From an uncultured Chloroflexia bacterium (lineage in GTDB: Bacteria > Chloroflexota > Limnocylindria > Limnocylindrales > CSP1-4), in contig CAWDXT010000015.1 in assembly GCA_963806265.1 (NCBI GenBank), positions 193,975 to 257,974 on the forward strand: DNA of 64,000 bases. The letters run 5' to 3'. Both the position numbers and the translations under genes were made by a program. Of this stretch, positions 59,033 to 64,000 are shown one piece after another. The notes below the pieces were generated by a model. That model had not been told where the DNA came from and made no database searches. It saw only the letters and a list, made by a program, of their open reading frames with translations. Each line of letters opens with the position of its first letter. The stretch's first letter is position 1.

Positions 59033-60266
59033 TCAGGCGGGTGTTCCGCCGGCAGCCGCCGAGCGCCGCGGGCTCGGGCCACGCCGGCCGATATGGCGCA
59101 TCAGCAGCACCCGGCCCAGGAGCATGAGGACCACGGCCAGCATCGCCAGCGTGGCGGTTGCGAGCCAGGTGACCGTGTAGCCCGCCTGGATGACGAGCGC
59201 TCCCGCGGCGACCGGGCCGAGCATCGCGCCGGTGGACGGACCCAGGCGCACGATCGCCATCGCGGTTGCGGGCGAGGTCGGATTGGAGCGGGAGACCGCC
59301 AGCAGCACCAGGCCCTGGTACCCCCAGCCCCCGCCGAAGGCCAGGATCGTCGCGAGCACGATCATGGCCGGGTCGCTCCCGGCCAGGGCCAGCATGAGGT
59401 AGCCCGCCGCGCCGATGACCTGGAGCACGATGACGATCTTGAGCGAGCCGCGACCCAGCCGGTCGGCAACCCAGCCGCTGAAGATCCGCATCGACACGCC
59501 GGCCAGGCTGCCGAACGTCAGCAGCAGACCGGCAGCTGATGCCTGGAACCCGTTCGCGGCGGCCGACTGGACCGTGAACGAGGCCAGCGCGTTGCCTGCG
59601 GCCGCGCCCGAGCCCGGCCGCGATGGCGATCACGAGCAGCGCCTGGACCGGCGCATCGCCCTCGCGCGACGCGCGGTCTGCCGGGCGCCTGAACGGCCGC
59701 GGCCGGCCGGCGAGCCGGAACACCACCAGCGCGCCGCCGGCGGCAAGGATGAACGCCCACCGCCACCCGATGGTCAGCCCGATGGCCGGGACGGCGAGAC
59801 CGGCGAGGAGACCGGCCAGCGGGATCGAAGACTGCTTGACGCCGTAGGCGAGACCCTGGCGGTCGGGTCGAACCGCGGTCGCGAGGAGGTGATTGATGGC
59901 GATCGGTCCGATCGTGTTGCCGGTGCCGGCAACGAACATCCAGGCGACGAGCGCGGGCCAGCTCCGGGCCGTGACTGCGATCCCGACCAGCGCAACGGCG
60001 GTGATCGCCACGCCCGCCAACAGGGCGCGATGCGGGCCGAGTCGCTCCGAGACCAGCCCGGCCGGGATCGAGAACAGGACGGATGCGGCGAAGAAGGCGG
60101 AGATCGCCAACCCGAGCTGGAACTCGTCGAGGCCGAGATCGGCGCGCACCAGGACCGCCAACCCGGCGACCAGCAGGGCCGGCAGCGACCCAACGGTCGA
60201 CGCGGTGATCGCCGTCGCGACGGTGCGGGACAGGCCGGGCGGCGATGGCGTCGGGTCGAGGGGCAC
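59033..60266 (-). pseudogene. MFS transporter; frame change(s) near 59500-59620
   Basis: N-terminal half LPALLVAGLAVLVRADLGLDEFQLGLAISAFFAASVLFSIPAGLVSERLGPHRALLAGV...AYGVKQSSIPLAGLLAGLAVP. C-terminal half in another frame FSGWVADRLGRGSLKIVIVLQVIGAAGYLMLAL...AFGGGWGYQGLVLLAVSR. The start is tentative at GTG 60266. Confidence 0.75.
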
Positions 60267-60601
60267 GACTCGAATCGTAGGTCGCTGGCGAGCTGGGGAA
60301 GCCGTGTAAGTGCTCTCGAGCCGTGGCCGCAACTCCGTGGTCACCGATGGCGGGCGGCCAGGAGCCACGTTGCGTCGGGGCGCGTCGCAGGTGCAGCGCG
60401 TATGGACGGGTGCCGTAGGATCGAGGTGACCCCACGTTCGCGATCAGGATTGGCGTTCCCATGACGACTTTGGCGGCCCCATGACGATCGACCTGGAAGC
60501 ACTGTCACTCGAGGAGCTGACCGAGCTCCAGAACGATCTCGCGGCGGTGCTGCGCCGCCGGGCCGGGGCCCCCACGGATCGCCGGGACGGAGCTCCACGA
60601 C

Positions 60602-61813
60602 GTGATCCGGGTCGGGATGCACCGCTACCGGGCCGTGGTGGAATCGGTGGCCCCGTGGACCAGGCGGGACACGTACCTGACCGAGTACCGGCGCTGCGTC
60701 CTGGGGATCAGCCTGGGGAGCCGAAGCTCGGAGGGCGCCCGGTTCGAGGCCGCCGTTCGCTGGGTGGCCGAGAACTACGACGAATGTGCGCTGGGCGTCG
60801 GGGACGGCATGTACCGGTACACGCTGCAGGTCACCGACGGCCGATCGGGGAACCCGCGGCGCGACATGACGCCGGAGGCCTGGCACGCGCTGGCGATCGA
60901 GGCCGGCCGGGAGTTTCAGCAGCACGCCGAGCAAATCGTCGCCCCGTATCGTGATCAGTGCCGGTTCACGTGGTATCCGATGTCGAGGATCGTGGCGGGC
61001 AGCTCGTTCCGGGAGGACCTCGCCGCCTACCGGGCCCTCTACGAGACCAACGATCCGTATCGCAACCTGGTCCACGAGTTCGCCGCAGGCTACCTCGCGC
61101 GTGTGCTCCAGACCGATGGGACGTCACCGCCTGACCCTGCCCATCACCAGGCTGCCTGCGACTACCTCCTCGAGGAGAGCGCGATCTTCACCCAGCTGTG
61201 CCGCGAAGGTTGGGAGCTGCTGGTCTACCCGGGCTCCATCGCGATGTTCTCGGCGATCGCCGAGGGCCGGTTCCCCGAGGTGCCGGACCCGATCAAGAGG
61301 CTGGTCCACGTCGCCCTGAAGCTCAAGCGCGGCAGCCTGTTCTTCGCCGAGAGCACCGAGTATCCATATCCGGCCCTGCCGGATGATCACGTTCACGCCG
61401 ACTCGGACGAGGACGCGATCGCGCCGGGCGTGCTGTGCGAGTTCGGCGAGGACGAGTGGCGGCGATTCATGCCCTACACCACGCGCCGGCACATGCTGGC
61501 GGGCGAGATCCTGGCGCCTGCGGGTGACCTGGACCGCAGCCTGTACATCCTGCTCGAGGGCGATCTCGAGGTGCTCGACGGCGACTGGCGATCGGGGAAG
61601 CTCACGCAGCTGTCGACGCACCATCCGGGCTCGGTGCTGGGCGAGCGAAGCTTCGTCGACGGCCGGCCGAGAACGACCACCGTGGCCGCCCTCGGCGAGT
61701 GCGAGGTGCTGGTCCTGCCGCAGAAGCAGATGCAGCGCATGCGGCAGCGGGATCCGGCGCTCGCGGCAGCGCTGCTGTTCGACATCAGCCGGGAGCTGGC
61801 GCTCAAGGGCTGA
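60602..61813 (+). CDS. tRNA-dependent cyclodipeptide synthase (XYP-type)-like domain fused to a C-terminal cyclic-nucleotide-binding domain
   Basis: RRCVLGISLGSRS...AAVRWVAENYDECALGVGDGMYRYTL...CDYLLEESAIF...LLVYPGS parallels AlbC ALIGISAGNSYFS...LLQWAGQRFERTDVVYVD...NYVLAEAPLF...CYH, compared from memory. The C-terminal LYILLEGDLEVL...GSVLGERSFVDGRPRTTTVAALGECEVLVL is a CAP_ED phosphate-binding cassette. The start is GTG 60602 or ATG 60617. A 5' extension from ATG 60481 is possible. Confidence 0.7.
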   Translation: MIRVGMHRYRAVVESVAPWTRRDTYLTEYRRCVLGISLGSRSSEGARFEAAVRWVAENYDECALGVGDGMYRYTLQVTDGRSGNPRRDMTPEAWHALAIEAGREFQQHAEQIVAPYRDQCRFTWYPMSRIVAGSSFREDLAAYRALYETNDPYRNLVHEFAAGYLARVLQTDGTSPPDPAHHQAACDYLLEESAIFTQLCREGWELLVYPGSIAMFSAIAEGRFPEVPDPIKRLVHVALKLKRGSLFFAESTEYPYPALPDDHVHADSDEDAIAPGVLCEFGEDEWRRFMPYTTRRHMLAGEILAPAGDLDRSLYILLEGDLEVLDGDWRSGKLTQLSTHHPGSVLGERSFVDGRPRTTTVAALGECEVLVLPQKQMQRMRQRDPALAAALLFDISRELALKG

Positions 61814-61880
61814 GCCCGCGAGCTCCGCGGTCGCTGCGTTCGCGGTGCTGGTCGCCGCGCGGGTCGCCGGCCACGGAACC

Positions 61881-64000
61881 CTAGGGCAGCGGCGCCCACT
61901 GCAGATACAGCTGGCCGTTCACCAGCCAGATCGTCGCGAACCCGTCCGTGGTCGCGAACCTGACCGGGTTGCCGGTCAGGTAGTCGAGATTGACCTGGTC
62001 CACTCCCGAGCCGAGCGACCGGCGCCGTCGCGACCTGGACCGGCGGCGAGCCGTCGGCCGGCTGGCGCAGCAGCTCCTCCTCGGCGCGCGAGCGCTGGAG
62101 GTACACCCCGGTCGCATCGCCGCCCACGACCGTACCGTCCTCGATGGGGATGGTGGCGGACGGACCTCCCGTCCCTTCGATGAACACGGCGTTGCCCGAC
62201 TGGTCGGTCGTCCACACGCCGTCACCGGCCGGGAACACGCCGAACAGGCTGCCCAGGTCGACGAACGCCTGGTCCTGGTCGGTGAGCCGGGACAGGCTGT
62301 TCTGGGTCGTGTAGCCGTACACGGCCGTCGGCGCGTCCTGGCAGCAGCCGCCGATGTTGTCGAGCGCCACGCTCCGACCCGGCTTGTTGGTGCCAGGGTC
62401 GATCCGGGTGAGCCTGGCGCCCGTCTGTGAGCTGAGGTCGTAGGCGGACGTATCCACGAACCAGACCGAGGTACCCATCGAGACGATCCGTGGACCCGTG
62501 TAGCCGAACGTGCACGGGATGGGGAAGGTCGCCTGGACGTCGAGCGTGTCCGGGTCGAACCGGGTGACGGTGCATACGTTGCCGCTCGAGTCATTGCTCA
62601 GGCCTGACGCCCACAGCGAGCCGTCGGCGACGTGGAGGTCAGTCGCCCGCGGCTCGTCGACCTGCTTGAGCACCTTGCCGGACTTCGGATCGATGGCCAG
62701 GATCTGGGGTTTCCCGGCAGCCGTGTCGACCGAGAGGTCGATGATGCCGTCGGCCGAGATCGCCTGGCCCTGGATATCAACCGCCTCACCGATCGGCGTC
62801 ACGCCGGTCCCGCCGGCGCCGGGCGAGATCGACGGCGCGGGGCTCTGGGACGCCGGCGCCGCGATCCCGCTGTCGTACAGGTCCTGCTGCGCCTCGTACC
62901 CGCCGGCGAAGCCGTCGTCGCCGGTCGCTGCCACATCGAACACGCACTCGGGGTGAAGCTCCTCGTCGGTGACGGTCGCGCAGGCCGTCTCGGCGGTCAG
63001 GAGCACGTCCGGCGGAAAGCTGGGCTGGGCCTGGTTCGGGGCGTCGGCCGGGAAGTCGCGGTCCGTGAACGTCGTCGTCGACGTACCTGGGTCGTAGTCG
63101 AAAAGCGAGGTCGCGTCGGTCACCCGCCAGGCGTCGGCGAACTGGCCGTACAGAACCTGGTCGCGGGTCGCCTGGTCCGGCGCGGCCGGCAGCTGGGTGC
63201 CGTCGGGGAGCGCCGGCACGCCCATCCCGCCCGGAGTGATCGGGCCGAGCAGGCCCGTGCCACCGCTGCGCAGCTCATCGGATGGCTGGATCACGGCATG
63301 GATGCCCCACTTCCCGGCCGACAATGCCCACAGGATGGTCCCGTCAGGCATGTCGACCTGGATCCCGTGGTCGACGGCACGGACGTCGCCCGCACCGACG
63401 GGCACCGCGGATGACGGATCGACATCCTGACCGTCCACCTTGACGTCGAGGCCACCGATCGCGTCGACATAGATGCCGACGCGGTGCTCGTCCACCCTCG
63501 CCGCGATCGCCTGGTTGACGGAGAAGGGCACGGTCTCGTACGGCACCTGGCGCACCTGGATCTCGACGCTCCCGTCGGGCGAGCGCAGGAGCGTGAACTC
63601 GCCCGCGCCCTGGAAGTCATACCGGTAGCGGTTGACCGTGCGCAGGTGCGGGTCGCCGTTCGAATCGGGCAGCTTGCCTGGCATGGGGTGCTGGGCTGGA
63701 TCGACGGCAGCGGCTTGCAGTACTCGTCGAGCGCGTGCCCTGTGACCGTGGCGTTGGCACCTGCGAGGCTGCCGGTCAGCGCGAGCTCGAACACGTCGGG
63801 CGCCGGCTGCAGATCCGGGCCGGCGAACCGCGTCCCGGCCGGGCAGTCACAGCCGCCGCTCTTCGTACACAGCCAGCGCTGCGCGGTGTCGGTCTCATCG
63901 CGTCCCGTGTCGGTGTGAATGCGGACGTGCCCGGTGGCGTGGATCTCAACGACGTCCGCCTGCGAGGTGAAGGTCCAATCCTGGTTCTGCACCTCGACGG
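61881..64000 (-). pseudogene. Large secreted protein with a von Willebrand factor type D (VWD, GDPH motif) domain and a beta-propeller-like C-terminal region; N-terminus outside window; 2 frame changes (about 63690, about 62010)
   Basis: DSNGDPHLRTVNRYRYDFQGAGEFTLLRSPDGSVEIQVRQVP...VDGQDV (VWD pattern). Upstream piece in another frame WTFTSQADVVEIHATGHVRIHTDTGRDETDTAQRWLCTKSGGCDCPAGTRFAGPD. C-terminal piece VDQVNLDYLTGNPVRFATTDGFATIWLVNGQLYLQWAPLP-stop in a third frame. Confidence 0.6.

Overview
The window is a very GC-rich chromosomal segment (about 70% by eye, not computed). Its gene repertoire looks like Actinomycetota: Ni-superoxide dismutase sodN/sodX, an LLM/F420-type oxidoreductase, an ECF sigma/anti-sigma pair and lipobox lipoproteins. 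This taxonomic call is an inference. I could support about 60 protein-coding loci. They include a dispersed pyrimidine operon (pyrR-pyrB-pyrC ... pyrK-pyrD ... pyrE), heme O/A synthases (ctaB/ctaA), lipB, xthA, an argF(arcB)-arcC pair, ppk2, several MFS/ABC transporters with MarR/TetR regulators, a lipoprotein serpin and a c-di-AMP receptor (darA). I recognised no rRNA, tRNA, CRISPR array, transposase or integrase.

Two points stand out.

1. The most unusual gene is an intact ORF at 60602..61813. It reads as an XYP-type tRNA-dependent cyclodipeptide synthase fused to a C-terminal cyclic-nucleotide-binding domain. It sits divergent from a set of exporters. I do not know of a characterised enzyme with this architecture.

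2. At least 20 otherwise well-conserved genes need one or more frame changes to be read, and the changes cluster at 8.2-10 kb, 29-31.3 kb, 42-43.5 kb and 55-60.3 kb. These loci are labelled pseudogene in the structural sense only. Assembly indels are at least as likely as real decay.

All calls come from reading the supplied translations and the DNA by eye. No searches or computations were run. Family names rest on remembered motifs, and frame-switch positions are approximate.
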